A stretch of 24,489 nt of DNA, taken from Promethearchaeota archaeon (GTDB lineage Archaea > Asgardarchaeota > Lokiarchaeia > Sigyniarchaeales > SOKP01). The translations under genes were made by a program, and so were the position numbers. Positions 9,252 through 17,054 of this stretch are shown here, piece by piece. The notes beneath the pieces were generated by a model. That model did no database searches and was not told the origin of the DNA. It saw only the letters and a program-made list of their open reading frames with translations. Every line of letters starts with the position of its first letter. The stretch's first letter is position 1. The DNA is taken from contig JBHLMP010000052.1 of the NCBI GenBank assembly GCA_048938025.1, positions 1 through 24,489 on the forward strand, written 5' to 3'.

Positions 9252-9752
9252 TTGAGGTGGATTAAAATATCCAAAGAAATATTGCTAATCGAAAAAATTA
9301 CAAATGAAATTGCTGAAATTTGTGGAAAAATTAGTGCGAGAGAACATGGAATAATAGAACATCTTAAAGATCTCGAAACGTGGAAAAGCGAATCCTTGGT
9401 AATAGAATCAAATCAATTGAAAAAATTAAATAAACTCCTTGATAAAGCTAAGATAAATCTCTCAAAATTAGCCAATCAATATCCTGAACGTTTCAAATCC
9501 TTGGAAGCTGAATTTACGGAATATAGTAAAAAATGGGAGGAGAAGAATAAGGATTTCTTATATAAAAAGTTAATAGATCTAGAGGAAATTAGATTTTCTT
9601 TAGAAAATAAGCTTAAAGAATTAATAGAGAGACTTCAGGAAGGAGTAATTTCCGATTCTGAATATAATAATCAGGAAAAAGAGATTAAAAATGAATTAAT
9701 TGATAAATCCTCAAAAATTACTTATTTGCGAGCATTTATTCATAAATTATAA
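9252..9752 (+). CDS. Hypothetical coiled-coil protein with a SHOCT-like C-terminal motif
   Basis: Helical and E/K/L-rich; LQEGVISDSEY resembles SHOCT (G.I...EY). Start uncertain: the SD-like GAGGTGG overlaps the TTG. Confidence 0.6.
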   Translation: MRWIKISKEILLIEKITNEIAEICGKISAREHGIIEHLKDLETWKSESLVIESNQLKKLNKLLDKAKINLSKLANQYPERFKSLEAEFTEYSKKWEEKNKDFLYKKLIDLEEIRFSLENKLKELIERLQEGVISDSEYNNQEKEIKNELIDKSSKITYLRAFIHKL

Positions 9753-9789
9753 ATTTGCGATAAATCAAATACATATCTATAAGAAAAAC

Positions 9790-10224
9790 ATGAGTAAAAA
9801 TCCAATTAAAAAAGGGGATATCCTAAAAATTTATACCGACGGCGCTGCTCGTGGTAATCCCGGTCTGGCTGCCTGTGCTTTCTTATTTGTTCATAACGAT
9901 GAGGTTATCCATGAAGGCTGCAATTACATTGGAAGTGCGACAAACAACACCGCTGAATACCAAGCGATTATCAACGCGCTAAAGACGGCTGAAAGGTTCC
10001 ATAGAGGGCACTTACAAGTATACTCCGACAGCAACCTAGCCGTACAGCAAATTAATAAAAAATGGAAAATCAATAAGCCCCACCTGTCGAAGCTGTGTAG
10101 CGAGGTGTATCGACTCCGCGAGAAATATGAAAAGGTGGAGTTTTTCCATGTGGGAAGGGATAACCCCTACATCCAGAAGTGCGATACACTATGTAATGAG
10201 CGATTAGATGCGAAAGTCCCTTAA
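9790..10224 (+). CDS. rnhA: Ribonuclease HI (archaeal/actinobacterial type)
   Basis: YTDGAARGNPG, TNNTAEY, YSDSNL and CDTLCN contain the acidic catalytic residues. ATG at 9790 preferred (the 9700 start overlaps the upstream gene). About 46% GC over 9841-10200 (166/360 counted). Confidence 0.92.
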   Translation: MSKNPIKKGDILKIYTDGAARGNPGLAACAFLFVHNDEVIHEGCNYIGSATNNTAEYQAIINALKTAERFHRGHLQVYSDSNLAVQQINKKWKINKPHLSKLCSEVYRLREKYEKVEFFHVGRDNPYIQKCDTLCNERLDAKVP

Positions 10225-10410
10225 ATAATAAAATTTCCTAACAATTTAGTTCAGATTTCTTTCTGTAATAAAATCTAGAATAATAATATATAAGGGAGTT
10301 ATAAAATTTCAGAGTAAGTTTTTTAAAAACATTTGGTTTTATAACTATCTGAAGAAGAGTCAAAATTGAATATTTTATTTTTAAACTATCAATTGGAGGT
10401 TCTGTAAAAA

Positions 10411-10629
10411 ATGGTAAATATAAAAAAATGGGACGATAATGAACATTGGGTTGAAATTGATTTAGATCTATGTGTTGGAGCAGAAGAATGCATAAATGTA
10501 TGCCCTGTAGACGTATATGAACTTATAGATGGTAAAGTTGTGGCAGAAAATATCGGTGAGTGCACCGATTGCATGGCATGCCAAGATGTGTGTCCTACTA
10601 ACGCAATCTTAGATCACTCTGCGTGGTAA
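10411..10629 (+). CDS. Dicluster ferredoxin
   Basis: CVGAEECINVCP and CTDCMACQDVCP; GGAGGT SD upstream. Confidence 0.9.
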   Translation: MVNIKKWDDNEHWVEIDLDLCVGAEECINVCPVDVYELIDGKVVAENIGECTDCMACQDVCPTNAILDHSAW

Positions 10630-11002
10630 ACAATATACGCTTTGTTTAGTTTATAAAAGGTAGCTTAAGCATTTGCAAATATCCTCAATTTATGTTCTAT
10701 AATCAATTTAATTATTATTCAGATTTCTTTTTACTTTAAATATGGAAAAATTGTCTAAAGAAGGACTTTTAAGAAAATCGAAAATTCCAGGATTTAATGC
10801 TATTAAAATGTATTAAAGGAAAGATTCAGGATAAAGGATAATTTTATTTATTATATTTTTTTCATACGCAAGAGAGATGAATTCAATTATTGATATTAAC
10901 ATTCTAATATTATTGAACATGTTCGAATTTATCTATATAAAAATAGCTTCATTATTTGTTTTAATAAATTAAATATAATTTTTGAAAAGGTGGAAAAAAT
11001 TT

Positions 11003-11539
11003 ATGATGCCAATTGGTCCATTAATGAAAGAACATAGACTTATTGAAAAAATGATTCAACTCATGGAAAAAGAAATTGAAAAAATGAAGAAATTTGCAAA
11101 AGCAAATCCTCTATTTATTGATATTGCTGTTGACTTTATTAGAATGTACGCTGATAGAACTCATCATGGTAAGGAAGAAGATATTCTTTTTAGAGACTTA
11201 GAAAAGAAAGAACTCTCTCCTAATCATAATAAGATAATGGAAGAACTAATAGAAGAACATATATGGGCAAGAAATACGGTAGGAAAGTTGGTTGATGCTA
11301 AAAATCAATACGAAAAAGGTAATATAAAAGTACTAAATGATATTGTAAAATATCTAAGTGAATTAACGGATTTTTACCCAAAGCATATTGAAAAGGAGGA
11401 TAAACATTTTTTCATCCCTGTAATGAAATATTTTACCAAAGAAGAACAAGATAAAATGCTCCAAGAATTTTGGGATTTTGACAAAACGTTAATACATGAA
11501 AAATACAAAAAAGTTATTGAAAACCTTCAAAATAAATAA
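11003..11539 (+). CDS. Hemerythrin/HHE cation-binding domain protein
   Basis: LMKEHRLI, HHGKEEDILF, EEH and HIEKED motifs. ATG at 11003 follows the SD AGGTGG. Confidence 0.9.
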   Translation: MMPIGPLMKEHRLIEKMIQLMEKEIEKMKKFAKANPLFIDIAVDFIRMYADRTHHGKEEDILFRDLEKKELSPNHNKIMEELIEEHIWARNTVGKLVDAKNQYEKGNIKVLNDIVKYLSELTDFYPKHIEKEDKHFFIPVMKYFTKEEQDKMLQEFWDFDKTLIHEKYKKVIENLQNK

Positions 11540-11559
11540 AAATTTCTACCATTTTTATT

Positions 11560-12123
11560 TCAATTCTTCTCTTTTTCCATATTACTTATATCAATTCCAA
11601 GTTGATACGCTTCTTCTAATTGATCTTGGCACATATTAATTGGAATATCTTTTTTTTCATCTTTGTTATAGGTACAGCATGTAATTATGAATAATTTGAT
11701 GTCAAAAAATGGCGCTATCCGTTCAAAAAATGCAACTGTTGATTCACAGTGATGACGATAAGTAATTATGACTACAAATGTTTTATTTCCAAAATCTTCC
11801 CAAGCAAGAGCTTCCATTCTATCGAACACTGTTTTTAATTGAGCCGTCATATATCCCCAATACATAGGAGTGGCAAAAACTATTGTGTTTGCTTTTTTAT
11901 ATGCAGAATAAATTTCTTCCATATCATCTTTTATAGCACAGCTATGATTTACTGAAGTTGCGCATGTTAGACATCCTTGACATGGTTTAATATTTAATTC
12001 GTTGGTATAAAAATGTTTTACTTCCTTATCTCCATTATAATTCAATCCTCTTATGAAATAATCAACTAAAGTATCTGAGTTTTGATTCTTTCTAGGGCTA
12101 CCATGGAATATTATAGTTTTCAT
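11560..12123 (-). CDS. Flavodoxin family / iron-sulfur flavoprotein (FMN reductase fold)
   Basis: GSPRKNQNS, CQGCLTC...C and ATPMYWGYMTAQLKTVFDR motifs. Confidence 0.9.
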   Translation of the reverse strand: MKTIIFHGSPRKNQNSDTLVDYFIRGLNYNGDKEVKHFYTNELNIKPCQGCLTCATSVNHSCAIKDDMEEIYSAYKKANTIVFATPMYWGYMTAQLKTVFDRMEALAWEDFGNKTFVVIITYRHHCESTVAFFERIAPFFDIKLFIITCCTYNKDEKKDIPINMCQDQLEEAYQLGIDISNMEKEKN

Positions 12124-12258
12124 AACAATAAACTCTCTTTCTAAAAATATTTTTATTATCCATTAAATTTTCTTGAACCATTAATTATTATTACATCATT
12201 ATTTAAGATTACATAATACTTAACTGAAATTAATTTAAGCTCAAAGGGTGAATTAATA

Positions 12259-12597
12259 ATGATTTTAGTACAATGGTCGTGTGAAATTCCACAAGAAAAG
12301 CTTGAAAGCTTCATAAATTTTGCAAAAAATAAGCTAAAGCCTTTTTATGAATCCTATAGGTGTATGAGATATGAACTTCTTTTCCCTATGATTACAGAAA
12401 AAAAATATTTTCCTTATCAAGAAACTGAAATTAAAAATAGATACACGGAGCAGTTAGTATTTAAAAACATTAAAGCTTTTAACGATTTTCATAACAATAT
12501 TGAAAAAAATCAAGAGGCCCAAGATATAGTTGGAATGTACGTGAAAGAATTCGGAATTTCTAATTGTACTTTCAAAATATTTACACATCATATTTAG
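12259..12597 (+). CDS. Hypothetical protein, probable dimeric alpha-beta barrel (ABM/NIPSNAP-like)
   Basis: 112 aa with a GGGTGA SD; beta-alpha-beta pattern, fold inferred only. Confidence 0.55.
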   Translation: MILVQWSCEIPQEKLESFINFAKNKLKPFYESYRCMRYELLFPMITEKKYFPYQETEIKNRYTEQLVFKNIKAFNDFHNNIEKNQEAQDIVGMYVKEFGISNCTFKIFTHHI

Positions 12598-12666
12598 GAT
12601 TATATAAAAAGAAAGAAGTAGTATCAGAAAAGGAATTCAAAAATAATCTAGAGAGTGTAAGAAGAA

Positions 12667-12819
12667 ATGCATAAAGGATTAAGCTTTGGTACCATAACAA
12701 TCCAGCGATTACCATGGTAGGAAGAAGTCAAGCGCTGGAAAAGTATTGAAGCTTTAAAATTTGATAGCAATTGGTTCGCTGATCATTTTTTAGATCCTTA
12801 TAACCCACTTGATAATTGG
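12667..12819 (+). pseudogene. 5' fragment of an LLM-class (luciferase-like) flavin-dependent oxidoreductase gene
   Basis: MHKGLSFGTITIQRLPW*EEVKRWKSIEALKFDSNWFADHFLDPY matches the LLM N-terminus (FG...E.L.FDS.W.ADH). Internal TAG at 12718; truncated where rnhA fragment 2 begins. Confidence 0.8.
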
Positions 12820-12823
12820 TGTA

Positions 12824-12889
12824 GTGTACCAGCTTCGCGAGAAATATGAAAAAGTGGAGTTTTTCCATGTCGGCAGGAGCAATCCTTAG
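12824..12889 (+). pseudogene. rnhA fragment 2
   Basis: VYQLREKYEKVEFFHVGRSNP*, aligning to 10105-10170 at 53/66 nt; 7 of 10 changed codons are synonymous. Confidence 0.9.
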
Positions 12890-12906
12890 ACCAATTTTTT
12901 TTTAAA

Positions 12907-12986
12907 AATAAATAAAGAAGTCTCAATTATGAAATCCATTAAGCTTGAAGGTTTTAACCTTATATCAAAAACCACTTATTATCAAA
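12907..12986 (+). repeat. 80-bp direct repeat, left copy
   Basis: 66/80 identical to 14639-14717; contains the palindrome AAGGTT-TT-AACCTT. Confidence 0.8.
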
Positions 12987-13025
12987 TATAAATAAAAAAA
13001 AAAATGAATTTATGTTTTAAGTTCC

Positions 13026-14576
13026 TTACATTTTGCATCCGAAAAAGTAAACTTTATATCCAATCGCCATTGCAAATCCAAATCTAGTAATTAGTATTCT
13101 TATTGAACCTAAATCATTTAAACCAGTAAAGATTTCATATCCCCTATAAGAATAATGATCAATTATATCCCATGAAAAGCGTTTATCCTTAATTTTAAAA
13201 TCTATTAAATTCCCATTGATAAAAATCGTTGTTTTCCCTATATACCACCTATATCCAATTTTAATACTACCACATCCTTCCAACATACTATGACTAATAA
13301 GCCATTCATAGGTCGGTTGACTTACTTCCTCTTTAGAATATTCACCTGAATAAACATCTAAATGACCATATCCCCATAAATAGTGTCCTGTAAAATCAGG
13401 ATTAGCAATCCAATGTATGAAAGGCCCCCAATAGGCGAGCCCAAATAATTCACTTGTAAAACCAAGCAATGGAACGTCTATTTCATGATAATGATCATCA
13501 AAATCATATGTAACATATGGACAGTTGTCCCAATCACTTATAGCTTCACTTTCAAGACCTAATCTAATAGGCCAATACCTATCAAATGTAGCATCAATGT
13601 GAAGCATGACCCTAGCATCTCCCTTACCGCCATAGATATTACTAACAACACCAGGTCCCCATGCATAGTATATCGCAAATGCTGCCCATTCTAGGATATT
13701 TGTCCAAGGCAATCCAGTATAAGGATTAATTACAGGTTCGAGAGGATCTCCTGTATAGGGATTGATTGCAGGTGCATCAGGATATTGATCAGCATATTTC
13801 AATATGAAAATTCCTCCCGGAGAACTCCCCACCTCCCAGTACCAATTACCTGTTGCTATCATCCCAGCTATCATTGCTGGTAAATTAGTTGAATTAGTAA
13901 CAAGACTTGGGTATTTTGCTCCAGTTCCACCATCTCTTAATAATATACCTTTTAAATCTTCTTGCCAATATCGCGAGGCATAATTCATCGCAGCACTACC
14001 TCCAAAACTATCACCCGCGATAAAGAGCTTTCTGACTCCAGAGACTTCTTTCGCGAGTTCTACAGCTTTCTTTATATCACCTATCCAGGCATCCCAACCC
14101 CATTCTGCCATAAATGAAAGTTGATCTGGATTGAAATAAATTGGCACAAAATGAGTTCTATAATCTATGGCATAAACATCGAAACCTCTATTTGCTAAAA
14201 ACAGTGCAAAAGAATGGTCCTCGTCTGCGGTCCACTCATCATCGGGGGGATTTGAACATAATTGTTCACCAGTACTCCATGTTCCTGGCAGAATAAACAC
14301 AACTCCTAGTGGGTTAATGCCTTCTTTTACTACTCTATGCAACCCTATTCGATCATAAGGACCGTAGGGTGGTCTCTCAGTTTCCCAAACATATTCTCTT
14401 AATTCCGGGTAAGCTTTTACATCTCTTCCATCATGGACTAAAGTCCAGTCATCTATTTCCCTTTCGCATTTATTTAAAGGAATAGAAACAGCGGGAGTCA
14501 TAAAAATACAAATTACTAAGACTAGAACTATAGAAAATGAAATTACTTGCACTTTGTTAAGTTTCATAAATTTCAC
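13026..14576 (-). CDS. Secreted alpha/beta hydrolase (esterase/lipase-like)
   Basis: N-terminal signal/TM segment, GFDVYAIDYR, nucleophile elbow GDSFGG, GYGHLD with the putative catalytic His. Confidence 0.85.
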   Translation of the reverse strand: MKFMKLNKVQVISFSIVLVLVICIFMTPAVSIPLNKCEREIDDWTLVHDGRDVKAYPELREYVWETERPPYGPYDRIGLHRVVKEGINPLGVVFILPGTWSTGEQLCSNPPDDEWTADEDHSFALFLANRGFDVYAIDYRTHFVPIYFNPDQLSFMAEWGWDAWIGDIKKAVELAKEVSGVRKLFIAGDSFGGSAAMNYASRYWQEDLKGILLRDGGTGAKYPSLVTNSTNLPAMIAGMIATGNWYWEVGSSPGGIFILKYADQYPDAPAINPYTGDPLEPVINPYTGLPWTNILEWAAFAIYYAWGPGVVSNIYGGKGDARVMLHIDATFDRYWPIRLGLESEAISDWDNCPYVTYDFDDHYHEIDVPLLGFTSELFGLAYWGPFIHWIANPDFTGHYLWGYGHLDVYSGEYSKEEVSQPTYEWLISHSMLEGCGSIKIGYRWYIGKTTIFINGNLIDFKIKDKRFSWDIIDHYSYRGYEIFTGLNDLGSIRILITRFGFAMAIGYKVYFFGCKM

Positions 14577-14638
14577 CTATTTTTGTTAAAATGTGTTCGT
14601 GCAATAGATTAAACAAACTAGTATATAAAAATTATGGA

Positions 14639-14717
14639 AATAAACAAAGAAATTTCATTTATAAAATACTTAAAACTTGAGGGTTCTAACCTTATTCAAA
14701 AACCGCTGATTATCAAA
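14639..14717 (+). repeat. 80-bp direct repeat, right copy (runs into rnhA fragment 3)
   Basis: Matches 12907-12986; its 3' end ACCGCTGATTATCAA corresponds to rnhA ACCGCTGAATACCAA. Confidence 0.8.
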
Positions 14718-14895
14718 CAACTATCGACGCGCTCAAGATGACTCAAAGGTTCCATAAGGGGCACCTATAAGTGTACTCCGACAACAACCTAGCCGTACAG
14801 CAAATCAATAAAAAATGAAAAATCAATTCCCCACACCTGTCGAAGCTGTTAGCGAAGTGTACCAACATCGCGAGAAATATGAAAAAGTGGAGTTT
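14702..14895 (+). pseudogene. rnhA fragment 3
   Basis: Colinear with 9949-10143 (TADYQTTIDALKMTQRFHKGHL*VYSDNNLAVQQINKK*KINSPHLSKL...EKYEKVEF); two stops and a 1-nt deletion. Confidence 0.92.
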
Positions 14896-15017
14896 CCCCC
14901 AAGAAAATTGAAAGATTTGAATTTTCTGAATAACGAGTTTTAGTTGATTTTTTATAAACAAAAATGTTATAAACTCCTATATAATTTAGATCTCAATCAT
15001 AAACAAGGTGTTAAAAA

Positions 15018-15653
15018 ATGTTTAAGAAATTTATGGATGCTTTAGGAATTACAAGCAATAAGATTAATGATTTAATTAAAGGAAGTAATCAATATATTAA
15101 TGCCGTAGAAAATGTCACGAAGGAAATTAAAAATACTGTTGCCACATTAAAAGGTTATGCTGAAACGGAGACTCCTTCCTTAGGGCAAGCAATAGGGTCA
15201 TTAGCTTCTACATTTGAAATTATTGACAAAGAAAGTACGGAAAAAGTCAAAAGACTCCGGGAAGAATATATTGTGCCGCTAAATGATCTTTTAATTAACC
15301 TAAAAAAACTCGAAACTGAACAGAATGAAGCTCAAAAGGCCTCGAAAGGATTAGAAAAAGCTGAAAAACATCTAAGTAAAGTCAAAAGCAAACCAAAAGA
15401 AAAATTAAAACCAAATGAAATACAAATAGCTGAAACAGAATTAACAACTGCGAAAGAAAAAGCTACTAAAGAAGAAAGCGATGTAAAAGTGGCAACCGAG
15501 GAATTTAATAAAGTAAAATTAGAAACTATGCAAAAAGTCCTTAAAAATATGGTAGATATAGAAACTATTTTTCATAAAAAGATTCTTGATTCCGTAGCAA
15601 CTGTAAAAGTAAAAGCTGAAGCTATTAAGATTGACGAAGAATCAAAAATTTAA
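15018..15653 (+). CDS. BAR-domain protein, FAM92/CIBAR-like (eukaryotic signature protein)
   Basis: All-helical 211 aa. YAETETPSL, RLREEYIVPL, IAETEL, EEFNKVKL and IETIFHKKIL match FAM92-family BAR motifs in order (recalled from memory, not searched). Confidence 0.75.
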   Translation: MFKKFMDALGITSNKINDLIKGSNQYINAVENVTKEIKNTVATLKGYAETETPSLGQAIGSLASTFEIIDKESTEKVKRLREEYIVPLNDLLINLKKLETEQNEAQKASKGLEKAEKHLSKVKSKPKEKLKPNEIQIAETELTTAKEKATKEESDVKVATEEFNKVKLETMQKVLKNMVDIETIFHKKILDSVATVKVKAEAIKIDEESKI

Positions 15654-15735
15654 ACTTAGTTTTTTTATTTTCGTTCTTTTTTCCTCTTTTTAATTAAATA
15701 ATAAAAATAAAAAATCGAATCGTATTAGTTAAATA

Positions 15736-16311
15736 ATGATGAAAGCGTTATTATTGAATGGATTTTCAGGTAATGATTCTGATGTTGAAATAATTCAACT
15801 CATAGTCGAAGAACTTAAAAAAAATGGATTTGAGGTAGAACAAATCGTATTAAGAGATGTTAATGTTGCAGCTTGTCAAGGTTGTTTTGATTGTTGGGTA
15901 ATAAGTCCTGGAGAATGTAGAACAGATGACTATGGTCGGGAAGTTGCCAAAAAAATGGTTCAAAGTAGTCTCATCATTCATTTCACGCCAATCACATTTG
16001 GAGGATATTCCTCTGATCTAAAAAAAGTAATAGATAGATTTATACCGACAATATTACCATTCTTTACAAAAAGACATGGAGAAACTCATCATGCCTATCG
16101 CTATGAAAATAGGGGCTCGATTATTGCTATAGGCATTTTAGACAAACCAGATGAAGAAAAAGAATCGATATTTAAAGAATTAGTTTACCGTAATTCACTT
16201 AATATGGGGGCACCTGTTCATGAAGCAATTATATATATAAAAAATCAAAGTAAAACCGATTTTATAAATGAATTTGCTACAATTTTAAAGAAAGTGGAGG
16301 GAAAAACATGA
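15736..16311 (+). CDS. Flavodoxin family protein (Fe-S flavoprotein-like)
   Basis: CQGCFDCWVISPGEC and TPITFGGYSSDLKKVIDR motifs. Confidence 0.85.
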   Translation: MMKALLLNGFSGNDSDVEIIQLIVEELKKNGFEVEQIVLRDVNVAACQGCFDCWVISPGECRTDDYGREVAKKMVQSSLIIHFTPITFGGYSSDLKKVIDRFIPTILPFFTKRHGETHHAYRYENRGSIIAIGILDKPDEEKESIFKELVYRNSLNMGAPVHEAIIYIKNQSKTDFINEFATILKKVEGKT

Positions 16312-16988
16312 TGAATAATAAAAAAGCACTTCTTTTAATCGGTAGCCCAAGAGTCGAAAAAAGTACCTCATTATCTCTTGGAAATTATTTGATCTCAAAA
16401 TTAGAGGAATCTGGGATGACATCTGAAAGAGGATTTATCCACCAAATGGTAAATCGAGAAGAAAAAATAAAAGAACTCTTTGAAATGATTGATAATGCAG
16501 ATTTAATAATTCTCTCATTCCCTTTATATGTAGATAGCTTGCCAGCTCCCGTGATTAAAGCAATGGAATTAATCAAAAAAGAAAGAGACAAATCAGAAAA
16601 GAAAAAAACTCAAGATTTTATTGCGATATGCAATAATGGTTTCCCTGAAGCGTCTCAAAATATGATAGCACTTCAGATTTGTAAAATTTTCTCCAAAGAT
16701 TGTGGTTTTGTATGGAAAGGTGGAATTGCCATCGGTGGAGGTGGTGCAATTAACGGAATTCCCTTAAAAGAAAGAGGAGGTATGGTAAGACACATCATCA
16801 ATGGATTAGATATAGCAGCTAACGCATTGAAGGATGGTAAAGAAGTCCCTCAAGATGTTATTGACCTAATATCAAAACAGTTTATACCATCTGGTCTCTA
16901 TAGAACTGTTGGGAATTTTGGGTGGAGACGCCAAACTCGAAAATATGGTGCAAGAAAGAAAATAAAAGACAAACCTTATTCTAATTGA
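16308..16988 (+). CDS. NAD(P)H-dependent FMN-reductase/flavodoxin-fold protein, translationally coupled to the upstream gene
   Basis: GSPR...STS, FPLYVDSLP and NNGFPE motifs; ATGA overlap with the previous gene. Confidence 0.85.
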   Translation: MMNNKKALLLIGSPRVEKSTSLSLGNYLISKLEESGMTSERGFIHQMVNREEKIKELFEMIDNADLIILSFPLYVDSLPAPVIKAMELIKKERDKSEKKKTQDFIAICNNGFPEASQNMIALQICKIFSKDCGFVWKGGIAIGGGGAINGIPLKERGGMVRHIINGLDIAANALKDGKEVPQDVIDLISKQFIPSGLYRTVGNFGWRRQTRKYGARKKIKDKPYSN

Positions 16989-17054
16989 TCTAGATTTTTC
17001 ATAATTTTGCAGAATTAATCTTTATTGAAGAATACGTTCAAAAATGGTGAACTT

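Noticed and set aside
9700-9789. N-terminal extension of RNase HI in the ORF track
   Set aside because: Overlaps the upstream gene and is not RNase H-like; ATG 9790 is more plausible.
10389-10574. 61-aa minus-strand ORF
   Set aside because: Antisense shadow of the ferredoxin gene.
12718-12720. In-frame TAG as possible pyrrolysine or readthrough
   Set aside because: The gene is truncated shortly after anyway and no pyl genes are present; simple pseudogenisation explains it.
12943-12970. dif/Xer-like or integron attC site within the direct repeat
   Set aside because: TTATATCAAAA resembles one Xer arm, but there is no matching left arm at 6-bp spacing and the right repeat lacks it. attC architecture and uniform cassette orientation are also absent.
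14743-14961. 72-aa minus-strand ORF
   Set aside because: Antisense to rnhA fragment 3; no protein-like features.
16385-16591. 68-aa minus-strand ORF
   Set aside because: Antisense shadow inside the flavodoxin-fold gene.
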